From NCBI GenBank assembly GCA_013239625.1, contig MU053873.1:820524-884523 (forward strand): a DNA stretch of 64,000 nt. Reading direction: 5' to 3'. This DNA is from Lama guanicoe (Eukaryota). Position 1 is the first letter of the stretch. Each line of letters starts with the position of its first letter. Below are positions 1 through 11,049 of this stretch, one piece after another. A model generated the notes under the pieces. That model was given only the letters and a program-made list of their open reading frames with translations, was not told where the DNA came from and did no database searches. A program made the translations under genes and the position numbers.

Positions 1-3000
1 TGGGCAGAAGTGCAGAGTCACTTTGATGCCACAGCTACAGGGAGCGTTTGTGGCTCGGGTGTCAGGAGTGGTGTGGCCAGAGGTGCCATTAGTTTCTGAA
101 ATGGTGACTGACTCCCAGTAACGTTCCAAACAAAACAAAGAATAGGCTTTGCTTGATTTTCACTATCTTTAGTTTCCTGGAAATTTCAGGGCATGTTGAA
201 ACTATGCAGAAGATACTCAAGGGCTACAGGACAGTGGCTCATTGTGAAGACTGTTGTCCCCAAGACAGCATGTCCAGCATCCCTGACCCTGGCTGGCTAA
301 ATGCAGTGCCTTCCCCACACTGGGCTGCGTGAAGATGCCCCTCATTGCCCATTGGGCCACCCAGGGCAGCACCCCTTCTCCCCTAACGAGGGCTGATGGC
401 AGCCCTGAGAAGGAAAGAAGGAAGGGATTTTAAGGGATGGAGATAAGAGGCTGGACTGGAGGTAGGAAGGGCAGGATGTAGGGCTGGTGGGGAGGGGCTT
501 CTGGTTTGAGCAGTGGGCAAGAGGAGTGCTGTTTGCTGGGTGGGGCGGGGCAAAGGAAGGGAGGCTGAGTCCAGGGTGTGAGAGCACGCAGGCCTGGCAC
601 AAAAGATAGCACAGCGTAGGCTGTGTCCTCAGCATTGAGCAAGCTGCCTGATCCCCTCGCAAACCCTCGGGTCAGACCCCACATCTGCCTCTTCATTCCC
701 AACCAGAGTGAGCCTCCCTCTCTTCTGCGGTCCCCTCCCCAGAGCAGGACACAGCGGGGCTTCAGGAGCACAGTGACATCTCCCTCATGACTGGGGAGCT
801 GTGAGCCAGCACCTGCCCTGGCCTAGCCTCCCCGGGTGTGCCTGCTACCCCTGCAGTGGTAGTAGCCCAAGCCCCCGGGCAGGCCTCCTGGCAGGATCTG
901 GGCCTGAGGGGCACCCAGCAGATGGCGAGTCTAGTGCTTGCAGCCACAACTTCTGTGCCAGCGACTGCAAGGGCCAGGCACAGCCACCTTCCCACCAAGT
1001 TCTCCCAGCAGCTTATGGTGCTGTTGCAGTTAAGAAAACTGAGTGCTTTTGCCTAAGGTCACGTGGCTGGTAAGTGACAGAGTCTGGAACTGAATGTAGG
1101 ACTGTGGCACCAATGCCTCTGCCCCTGACCCTTACGTGATCACCTCTCAAAGTGTTTGAGAACCTCCATGAGCCTGCCTTAATGTCGTGGGTTGTCAGAA
1201 TCAGCTGGCCTTCTGCTTGTGTGTATTTTAACAGGTATATCCCTGCTTTGTCTTAGTGGAGGGCCAGATGAGTGTACTGACTGGAAGCGGTGAGGGGATC
1301 GCCAGGTTAGGAGTAATCAGGGCATGCTGCCTGGAGGAGGAGTCCTTGCAACATGGACAGGACTGTCTCCCGCTACTGTAGTTACAGGAGAGTTCTGGGA
1401 TGTGGGTGTCTCCAGAAGCAGTAGTTGTGTGGGCCACATTTTCCTCATGGTGCAGTGACTACCTCTGATCATTTGTTGCAAGAGTATTCCCCACCCACCT
1501 GTCATTCTCCATCCCCCTGGTGGAGGTTGGATGAGGCTCTCTGTATAAGAACTTGGAGTTCCTCAAGCATCTGGGCCAGCAGGTGCTGACAGTTCTAGAC
1601 TCTATAAACCTTCAGTGACTGAGAGAGTCAAGGTCCCCATCTTCAGCAGTCATGATGGTCACAGTGCCAGAAAGAGCCAGTTCTGCAAGAACCTGGGAAA
1701 GGAAGCCTGGTGGAGGGGCGGGGAGCAGGGACGTCACCGTGGGAGCCTGAGTGCTGTCTGTGTGCCAAGTCACGGCTCAGAACTAAGGCCATGAGATTCT
1801 GCCCTCATAGATTTGTCTGGGGGAAGCCAAGGATGATCAGGGTTACCAAGTGTGACGGGGTGAGGGTGGGGAAGTCCTTTCCCAGCAGAGGGAACAGTGT
1901 ATGAGAGGGGGCCAGAGGAGCTGGTTCACACTGAGCCTGGGGAGGGCAGGGCACCAGGCCAGGAGGCCATGGGCAGTGGAAGCTTTGCAGGATTGGGGGT
2001 GGGCGAGTTAAAGGCACCATGATCAGATTTGCGTTTTAAAAGATGGCTTTCGCTACTGTGGAAATTTGGGGCAGAAGAATTGGGCAGCTGCATGGGTAGC
2101 TGCCTTCTCACCTGGGTAGCTCTGATGGTGGCGCCTGTGGAGAGGGGAGAGCGGCGGATTTGGTGGCAGGTGGGAGGAGGTGGCGTTGACAGGACCAGGG
2201 CTATGTGATTGTGGTGTGGGGGTCCAGGTGGGCTGAAGACTGGTGCCCAGATGCTCTGGTTCCTGACATGGGCAACTTGAGAGACAGTGGCATGTTCACT
2301 GACAGGGGGCACCCTGGTGAAGCCGTTGGGGGCCTGAGAATTTTGACCAGAGAGGGCCTGCAAACCGTCCAGGTGAGAATGACAGCCTGAGAGGCATTTC
2401 GCATCCGCAGGATGATGCCCCGTGGGTGTCTCTTGTGGGCAGGGCTCTAACTCATGCTGTTCGCTCAGCAAACATTCCTGAATACCAGTCCCACACCAAG
2501 CTCTGAGCAGGGATCCAGGGACAGAAAAGCAGAGCCCTTCCCTCAAAGAGCTGTCTGGGCACAGAGGAGACCGTGTATCTGCCGAAACGTCGTTGAGGTG
2601 GGAGCCCAGGGAAGGAGCCTGGGGACGGGCTTCCCAGAGGAGGTGGCTCTTGGGCTGAGACTCAAATGACAAGGGCAGCAAAGCACACAGCAGAAGGCCT
2701 GCCAGGTGAGGGGTCCCCTTAGGTACTGTCCTCGGCCAGGCCAGTTTGTGCAGTTAAAAGGCCAGCCCTGCCTTCTGTGAGGAAGGACAGGCTGTGGCAG
2801 CCAGGGAGGCCTCAGGCTCTGGCTGAGGCCCAGGGTGCCGTTGGGCTGTCGACTCTCCTTGGCTCGTCAGGAGGCTGGCAGGGGCCCACTTGTCTCATCG
2901 CCTCCCTCCGCCCTACTTCTGAGTGTTCCTTTTTTGACCTCCGGAGACTCAGGTCAGCCCTCGGGCACGCCAGGCGCCTCCCTACCCAGCGCTGCTCCAG

Positions 3001-3214
3001 CCACACGGGGGTGGGGGCCCTGGGCGGGCCATGCAGAGTCCTCCCTCGCTTCCCGGGAGTCACACAGTCATCCCCTAATGGTAAAGGCAGATGTGGTCGA
3101 CCCGAGAGGCCCTTTTAGGTGGAAGAAGAAGGGGGCAGGGGAGGGACTCTCAGGTGGGCTGTCGAGTTTTGGGACATGATGAACACCACCCCTGTCCCAT
3201 TGTTTTCTCTGCAG

Positions 3215-6200
3215 GTCTGGCTCCCGGCTATGAAGGCCAAGGGGTTGGAGATCTCGGGCACCTTCACTCGCCAGGTGGGCTCCATCTCCATGGACCTACA
3301 GCTGACCAACAAAGCCTTGCAGGTCATGACCGACTTCGCCATCCAGTTCAACCGCAACAGGTGAGCTCCCCGAGGCTGCCTGTCTGGAGCCCACGCCAGT
3401 GAGAGCAGGCAGGGGCTGAGGGCTCCCGGGGCCCAGTACCTCTTTTCTCATGAAGAAGAATGTTCCTCGCAACCACATCTCAGGTCAAAATTCTCTAAAG
3501 CAGTGATACCCTCCGCACCCCCATGACCTCTTTATGTGGACAACAGAGTACCTTTATTTTTGCCTTCCCCCAGTGCCCAGAGGGGTATTTTACTGACAAA
3601 ATCCCCAGCTCCAGCTTAGGAGCCTGCCTTTAGTAAGCACCCCACATGCCAGGAGCTCAGAGCCTCCTCTGCAGGCCTGAGTGGCTCGCATCAGCTCCGA
3701 GAAGGCTGATGTGGAGCAGGCCCGCCTGCCAGCCTCCCCTACATGACAGGATTAAACCGTCAGGCAGGGCCCCTGGGAGTGGTGGCTGCTCCAGGCTCCC
3801 GGGGTCGTGGGGAAGGTCTCCTGCTTGGCACCCAGGGTCTTCGTGGACCAGGCCAGCTAGGTCAGGGCTCTGGGGAACCTAAGCAGCCTCTCCTGATGAT
3901 CCTTCTTCCTGAGCGGCTCTAGTGATGAGCAAACTGAGCCTCTAAGAAGTTGACTGAAGGGGCTGCTTCCTCAGGGAGAGCCTGTGGGCTAGTGGTTCCC
4001 GACCCTCTGTCAGACCCGGGAGGGTGGTGGCAGCTCTGCTACTTACCCTCAGGTGACCCTAGAAGCCACAAAACACTCCAGGCTCCAAGGGGTGGTCCTG
4101 ATTATCGCTCATAACAAACTTACTGTGTGTTGAAAACTGTCTGGGTACCAGGCCCTGTGCTGAGACCTTGACAACCCAGTGAGGTCGATGCTATTACCTC
4201 CCTTTTAGTAGGTGATGACACCTGGGCTCAGAGAGGGCAAATGCCTTGCCCAAGGTCACACAGTGGGCAGTGGTAGAGCTCCCAGGAAAGCCTGGGGCAC
4301 TGGGCCACCATGATGGCCTGGGGTTCCCCCACCCCCACAGCAGGTCATCTCCTGCTGTGTCCCAGGCAGGCCTGATCGCTGTCATGGACAGAGCACAGGC
4401 TGGGGTCAGGCAGCTCAAGTGCTGAATCTCAGCGGTGCCACTTACCCTGTAGAGTCTGGGCATAGGCCTGCCCCTCCCTGAGTCTCCATGTCCTGGATGG
4501 TGGGAGATTGTATACCTCCTGCTATTTTTATGATGATAGGAACTATTCTAATATCAAATGCCCAGCCTGGGCCCAGTGAACGCCCAGTTCATGGTCTCAG
4601 TCAATACTGTAGAGACTTAACCTTCCCAGAGCCTGTGGCTGGGGTGTCTCTCACCCACACCCTCTTGGGCAGTTTCCTGATGTGTCCACCTGCTGCTTTA
4701 CCGAGAACTAGGGCTTCCTGAATCTCTCTGTGGTCATCTTATGATCTGCTCTGGCCTAGTCAGTAAAACCGGCATCTCGCTTGGGACGGTCGGATCCCTC
4801 CTGGGAGGTGGGGGTTTGCTCCCAAGTCTTGAGTGGTCACTGAGCTTACAAGTTAGAAGAAGCTTATAGACCCCTGGTATTACGTGGAGCTCCTAGAGGG
4901 CAGGTCAGGGCTGGGCCGCACTAGCCTGAGCCACCCAGAGGACACAGAGGAGCAGAGATGGGCTTTAGGCCTGCAGCCAGCCCAGGGCTGACTTTCTGTC
5001 CATGTGGCCGCTGAGGGGTGGAGGGAGGGTTAGGAGCTTGTCCTCCTGGCCTGGGTCAAGGCCTAGGATGAGGCCAGCTTACTGGAGAGGCTTGCTGCCA
5101 GCTGCTGCCCAGGCTCCAGAGCCCACCTGTCCTGTGTCAGCATCTGCTCCCCTGCCGTCCCCACGGGGGCTTCTCTCTCCCCAGCTTTGGCCTGGCCCCC
5201 GCCGCCCCCCTCCAGGTCCATGCACCGCTCAGCCCCAACCAGACTGTGGAGATCTCCCTGCCTCTCAACACGGTGGGCTCGGTCATGAAGATGGAGCCTC
5301 TGAACAACCTGCAGGTGTGTTCCGGGCAAGACCAAGCACCACAGTCCTTAACGGTCTGCCCTGAGGAGGAGCCTTGGGGAGCAGTCTGGGGCCTGGCTGG
5401 GCTGGGCTGGGCTGTGGAGTCGCACTCTTGGACACAGACCTGGCAGGGGAGGCCAGGTTACGGGGGTGGAGGGTCGTGGCTACCAGGGAAGCTGCGTGAG
5501 GGAACTGGCTCCAGTGGGCTCACAGGGGACAGGTGCTTCCTGGGGCCTCACACGTGGTGCTGAGCATCAGGGGCTAACTGGGGACCCCCTTATTCCTAGG
5601 TGGCCGTAAAGAACAACATTGACGTCTTCTACTTCAGCACCTTGTACCCGCTGCACATCCTCTTTGTGGAGGACGGGAAGATGGGTGAGTCATGAGGGCG
5701 CCCTTGGGGTCCCTAGAATGGATGGATTGGTTTTGCCCCATGATGGAGTCCATAATCACTGGCTCCCCTGCAGAGCCTGGAGTGAGGGTCATACCCTCAC
5801 CGGGGCCCCCGGGGTCTTGTCTGGCCAGCTCTGCCCACCGGTGGCCATGCCATGTGGGAGCTGTCTCATCCTGGGTTCTGCTCTGCCCCTCAGCCTTGCC
5901 TGCAGCCTCTAGACAGTCATCTCACAGGCCCCTCCGAGGCAGGGAACCCAGGCCATGCCTCACACCTGATGCCCATCCTCTATGCCCCGGCTGGAACCCT
6001 TGAGAAGACACCCGACGCCCAGAGGGCTCACTCCTGCCCACATCATCTCTGTCCCCACAGAAGCCCTGTAAAGCAGACTGACTCATGAGCAGGCTGCCTG
6101 GGGCCAGAGCAGGAGGAGGGTGGATGTGGGTGGTGGTGGGGAGAGAGCTAAGGCTCAGAGGTGGGAAGCTGGGGTCTTTTGGGAACAGCACCGCTGGCCA

Positions 6201-8271
6201 CCCTCCTAGGGCTCAGGCTTTGCTCAGGGAAGCGGGAGGGACCATGGCAGAGCTAGTTCTGTCCTCAGCTGCAAGGTGACACCACCCCCGACCCACTTCT
6301 GCTGAGGGTTACCGAGCCGGGCCACAGGTTCATCGCGGTCACACCTTTACCCACTCCAGACCGGCAAATGTTCCTGGCCACGTGGAAGGACATTCCCAAC
6401 GAGAATGAAGCCCAGTTCCAGATCAGAGACTGCCCCCTGAATGCCGGTAGGACTCCCGAGCCTGCCCCCAGTCCACTCTGCCCCTCACCTGTACCCCAGG
6501 CCTCTCTCATCACTGACTGGGGGGCCTTCTGACCCGCAGAGGCTGTCAGCAGCAGGCTGCAGAGCAGCAACATCTTCACAGTTGCCAAGAGGAACGTGGA
6601 GGGCCAGGACATGCTCTACCAGTCCCTCAAGCTGACCAACGGCATCTGGGTGCTGGCGGAGCTGCGCGTCCAGCCCGGCAACCCCAGCTTCACGGTGAGG
6701 CCCCTACTCCTGACTGCCCACCCTGGGGCCTCTGCCTTCCTGTCCTGGGCAGCCTCTCCTGCCCCCTCCTTACCAGGCCAGGGGTTAGCTCTGAGGGGAA
6801 CACTCTAGCCCAGTTGGACTGGGGTCCTTTTGAGCCTAGTATGAATGCACACCAGAAATCTGATCTTAGAAAGCTTCCAGCACAATCCCATGAAGTTATC
6901 CAGATAAGACACCAAATTGAATCTCAGAACAGTGAGTTGGACTAGAAGATTCTGTAAAATTGGGCTCTGTGGGGTGACACAGTTGACCAGAGGCCTGCCT
7001 GACTGGGAAGTGGCCCTGCTGGGCCCCCGCGCCTCCCACTCCTCCCTGCCTGAGCGCCCTCCCTGGAGGACGCGGGTTCTGAGCAGCTTGTCTAACCCCG
7101 GTCAGGACGTGGCTTCTGCAGAGCATGTGCTTGTCCCTAAGGCCGTGCTGCTCTCCCAGGCCCAGAGAGCCCAGGCTTTGCTTCAGCCTGCACCTGAGCC
7201 AAGTCTTGGGCAGGCATGAGCCTCCGGACGCTGCTCCCCGGCCATGCTGGTGGCCAGGGTGCGCAGGCCCCGCGGTTGGGTGGGGCTGCGGCAGAGGCTC
7301 CAGTGGTGGTAATTTCCGTCTCCCTGTGTTTGGTTGCTGCATGTCCACCTTCCCTGCTGGTGCCCGTGATGCAGGACTTGGAGGTTAGCGGACTGCTTTT
7401 CTCTTCCTCTTCCCCTCCACCCTCCCTGGCCACACCTTGCACACCTGTCTCCTGGCCTGGCTCTCCTGGCCTTACCTCCCCCTGCTGCTCCCCAGAGCTG
7501 GGCAGACACGCACGCAGGCTGCAGGCCAGAGGACAAACTGCCCCTGCCGACCCCCTTGGTGGCCCCAGTTGAGGTGCTGGTGCCCGACTTCCCACACACA
7601 GTGCACAGAGGCCTCCAGAGGCCAGGGGCCCTGGCTTCTGGAGTGCCACGTGCCCTTCCCCCTTCTTGATCGCATCCCTTCTGCCAAAATTGCAGTGATT
7701 TTGGCACTTGTCTCTCCTGCCTGTGCTCTCTGGGCTCTTACTGCAGTTAGAGATGAGCCAAGTCTGATGTGCCTGCTTTCAGTGCAGGAAATCAGAAAGA
7801 ACCCCTGGCGCCCACACTGTCCCACCCCCGGGCCCCCGTACCTCCTCAGGGACCTCGCCCTCCCTGGGCCGTGGGGGCCCAGCAGCCTACAGGGTGGGGC
7901 TGGCACTGCCTGCAGCCTCCACTTGTGATTCACGCTGCTTGCTGGGTGCCGTGATGGCTGGCGGACAGCGGGTGTGTGGGCTGCGGGTATTTTTGGTCGG
8001 CGCCGGGCTGGCTGAGGTGGCCGCCCCCTCTCCTTTACTGCACATCTGCCCTAGCCGCGCGGCTGCCACCAGGCCACATGTGCGCACCACACTCTCCCAT
8101 CTGGTTTCTGCCTTCTCTTCCCTCCCTCAGTGTTCAGCCTCGGGGAGGAGCCCCGGGAATGAGCGCACCCTGTCCCCCCACCCACTCTCCCTGCAGCTGT
8201 CTCTGAAGTGTCGAGCACCAGAGGTGTCACAGCATGTGTACCAGGCCTACGAGACCATCCTCAAGAACTGA
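3215..8271 (+). CDS. AP1B1: AP-1 complex subunit beta-1, 3' part (appendage/ear domain); 5' exons lie upstream of the window
   Basis: Exons with AG/GT boundaries and consistent phase: 3215-3360 (VWLPAMKAKGLEISGTF...), 5185-5314, 5600-5684, 6360-6446, 6540-6694, microexon 7375-7383 (DLE), 8197-8271 (LSLKCRAPEVSQHVYQAYETILKN*). Peptides match the recalled beta-1 adaptin C-terminus. Confidence 0.97.
3881..3968 (+). ncRNA. SNORD125: C/D box snoRNA in an AP1B1 intron
   Basis: Terminal stem AAGCAGCCTCT (3881-3891) / AGGGGCTGCTT (3958-3968). C box TGATGA 3894-3899, D' CTGA 3909-3912, C' GTGATGA 3922-3928, D box CTGA 3954-3957. Guide CCTCTAAGAAGTTG is complementary to 18S rRNA CAACUUCUUAGAGG. Human SNORD125 is hosted in AP1B1. 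Confidence 0.93.
4120..4280 (-). mobile_element. MIR-like ancient SINE fragment
   Basis: Core-SINE-like motif GGCTCAGAGAGGG...TTGCCCAAGGTCACACAG. Boundaries approximate. Confidence 0.55.
7375..7383 (+). CDS. AP1B1: 9-nt alternative microexon of AP1B1 (Asp-Leu-Glu)
   Basis: tgcAG|GACTTGGAG|GTtagc, phase 0-0. It restores the recalled ...PS(C/F)T-DLE-LSLKC... sequence of the long isoform. Confidence 0.85.
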
Positions 8272-9079
8272 GGTCCCGTCCAGCATCCGCCCCCGCCTTC
8301 TGCCAGCCTTGTCCAGGAGCCCACTGGGAGGTGGCAGCACCTCCTTCTCCCGAGAGGGGCGGGGCAAGGCCCCTGGTCCTGACTGCAGACCCACCTGGGT
8401 CCTTGGGGTGGGGCAGCAGCCCTCCTAGAGTGAAACCTCAGTGTCCTCCTGTGCTTGGGACTCTCCTCTTTCCATTGCTGCTGACGTTGGGGGTCAGGTG
8501 AGGAGGGGACCAAAGTAGCCAGAGCCAGAGCTGCAGCAGGAGCTGGACAGGGAGACCCAGGTTCTTCTCTTGCTTTTGCCAGTGCCTGAGGATGAGCGTG
8601 CAGCCTGAGAAGCCCCCTGCAGCCTCTGTTGGGTTGGTGTTATAGGCCCCCCACCCCCACCCCTCTTGTGGGATGGGCCCTGGCAGGCTGTTGTGGTGTG
8701 AATGGAGGGTCCCCTTGGTCCTGGGAGAGCTGCTCTGACAGTGTCTGGGGCTCCTGGGGCCTGCCCCCCGCCACCCTCCCGAGCGCTGACCTGCACTTCC
8801 AGGCAGAAGCTCCCAGGGCTGTGCGCGGGCTCCGACTCCCCTGGCAGTTTCGTGCACACCCGCTCCCCATCTTGCCCGTGAGGATGGTCACTGCCTTGGA
8901 TACATTCCTCCGTGTCCCGTGGATTCCCAGAGCAGAGACAGGCCTGAGGGAGGAGCACGTGGGCAAGGGGCTGCTTCCTGTCTGGGGTTTCTCCTTAGCG
9001 TCTGCTACCCACCTCCGGGCCTCCCAAGTTGCAGTTGTGTCTGATGGAGCATTAGGTTTTCCTGTTATTGCTGTTTAAT

Positions 9080-9270
9080 AATAAAGAAAGATTCTGCTTT
9101 TGGCAATCACGGACACTTTTTTCCCCCTCCATCAAATGTCGGGATTAAAAACTGCCTCTAAGTGGTTGAGGATGGTTTTCTTGAGCCCTGCAGGAATGAT
9201 GTCTAATATATATAAATAGAGCTATATATTGTATGTTTACTCTTATTTTCAAAAAGAGAAAGTGAATAAA
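9080..9270 (+). terminator. AP1B1 tandem polyadenylation signals
   Basis: AATAAA at 9080-9085 and 9265-9270, about 0.8-1 kb after the stop codon in an AT-rich UTR end. Confidence 0.7.
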
Positions 9271-10912
9271 ATGATGACATCAAGCGTGTCCCTGGCCAAT
9301 GTGTCAGGTCCTGAGGCTCTTCTGGGCAGGATCCCGGGTCCCCTGGGGTCCAGGGTCAAGGACTTGAGCTGTGTCAGCCCTGCCCCAAGCACTGTTGACT
9401 TTCTGTCTCCTATCCTTGGAAAACTGACTGCCTAGGCCTGCTGCTCTCCCAGCGCCTCTCCCACCCTTGGTCTTAGCTCCACCCCAGCCGATACCTTGCC
9501 ATTTGATGCTGGGAGGGCAGATTTGGAGAACCTGGTTTTCCTCTACTCTGGGAGCAGTGGGGAGGGGCTCCGCTGGGGCAGCTGTGGGAGGGGGAGTAGC
9601 AGGCAGGCCCAGCACCAGGCTCGTCTGGGTGGGCTGTGCCCCAGCCTGCGTCTGTGGCTGCCAAGTGCGGGGACTAAGCTGGCGCCCACCCCCAGCCACC
9701 ACCGAGGATACCTCATGTGGCCACTGGCCTGGTTCCCTGGGGAGCAGGCAGACCTTGGGCATGGCTCCGTTGGCAGAGCTGCCCCACCAGATATACTGCC
9801 GCCTTCCCAGCTGCCAGGGCTGGAAGACAGGCATCAGCAGGGACACCTGGCCCTCCTGTCACCTCTGGTGTATCACCGTACTGCCCCGGAACCCCAGAGT
9901 CTAGAACCAACCAAGGCCCTTGACTGCACAACCCCTGAAAGTCCCCGGCTCAGAAGGCCCCATACACAGCTGGAGTGTCTTCAGCTGTGGATTCACCCTG
10001 GCCTGCCCTGTTGCCTGCCACCCCTGACCTGCTGGGGCCCAGCTCCCACCCAACCTTGTGAATGCACCACCAGGGCCACCCCGCTGCATGTCAGTTCAGC
10101 CCTCCAGGAATCTCACGGAACTTGCTGTCCCTACTCTGCCATTGCCGAGGGCCAGAGTTGAAGAGTAGGACAGCTGTCCTGGGGCGTGATAACAGTGACC
10201 TGAGGCCCAGGACCAAATTCCCAGGATGACAAAGAGGTGCTGATGAGAAAGGCTGGCCTAGTCGGACAGAGGCCCTTGGTCTATCATGGGACACCCTGGG
10301 TTCGTTGTACTTGGGCCTCAGGTAGTTGTGGGAGGGACCCTGTCGTGATTCCGCCCCACCACCACCCACACAGTGCCCGCACGAGGAGACCCAGCAGCGC
10401 CTTCACGCACTCAGGGAGCAGCTGAGGGTGACTGCCGTCTCACTCCCAAGAACCCCAGCCTGGGCCTGCCCTTGTCACTGCATCAGGAAAACAAGCCCCA
10501 GGCGCTGCCCCTGGGGCCCCAGCCTTTAGGAGAAGTGCCCCAGGGGACGTCCAGTCTGTGCCCTTCAGCTTCCCTGCCCCTCCCTCCCCCTAGTTACCCT
10601 CCTCATGTGCCTACCCTGTCTCACGTGCCTCCCTGGTCCTCAGTGCTCAGGCCTCCCAGTCTCAGCGCCCGATGCCTCTCTGGGCCTTGGCATCTTGCAG
10701 AAGATCCTCCAGGGTCCTGAGTCTTCCCAGCCAGTCGGGGAGTTCAACAACAGCAATCAGTTCCTGGGGAGGGTCCCCCAAACACGGGCCTGACAGGTTC
10801 CCTGTGTACCCAACACGTGCCAAGGCCTGCGGTGTGACCTCACTGTACGTTTTTTATCTTCAAGTAGTGGTTTGCTTTGTTTGGGGATTTTGTGGGTTTG
10901 GGGGGGTTTGAC

Positions 10913-11024
10913 GGGGGATAGAGGTAATTGGGCTTATTTATTTTTAGAAGAGGTACTGGGGATTGAACCCAGGACCTTGTGCGTGCTGAAGATGCGCTCT
11001 ACCACTTGAACTACACCCTCCCCC
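10913..11024 (-). mobile_element. tRNA-derived SINE (camelid Vic-1-like)
   Basis: Reverse complement of the same element found at 13602 and 52523 (GGGGAGGGTGTAGTTCAAGTGGTAGAG...GGTTCAATCCCCAGTACCTC), with Pol III A/B boxes and an A-rich tail. Confidence 0.8.
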
Positions 11025-11049
11025 TCCTTGTTTCTTTGGTTTTTTTTAA

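Noticed and set aside
1926..2681. 251-aa minus-strand ORF in an AP1B1 intron
   Set aside because: Non-ATG start, no recognisable domain; long chance ORFs are common in GC-rich DNA.
2842..3165. 11-bp direct repeat TGGGCTGTCGA (2842 and 3155)
   Set aside because: Too short, with no element structure between the copies; compatible with chance.
3942..3960. Sequence matching the recalled human miR-3653 annotation
   Set aside because: It lies entirely within the SNORD125 guide and D box, so it is best explained as a snoRNA fragment.
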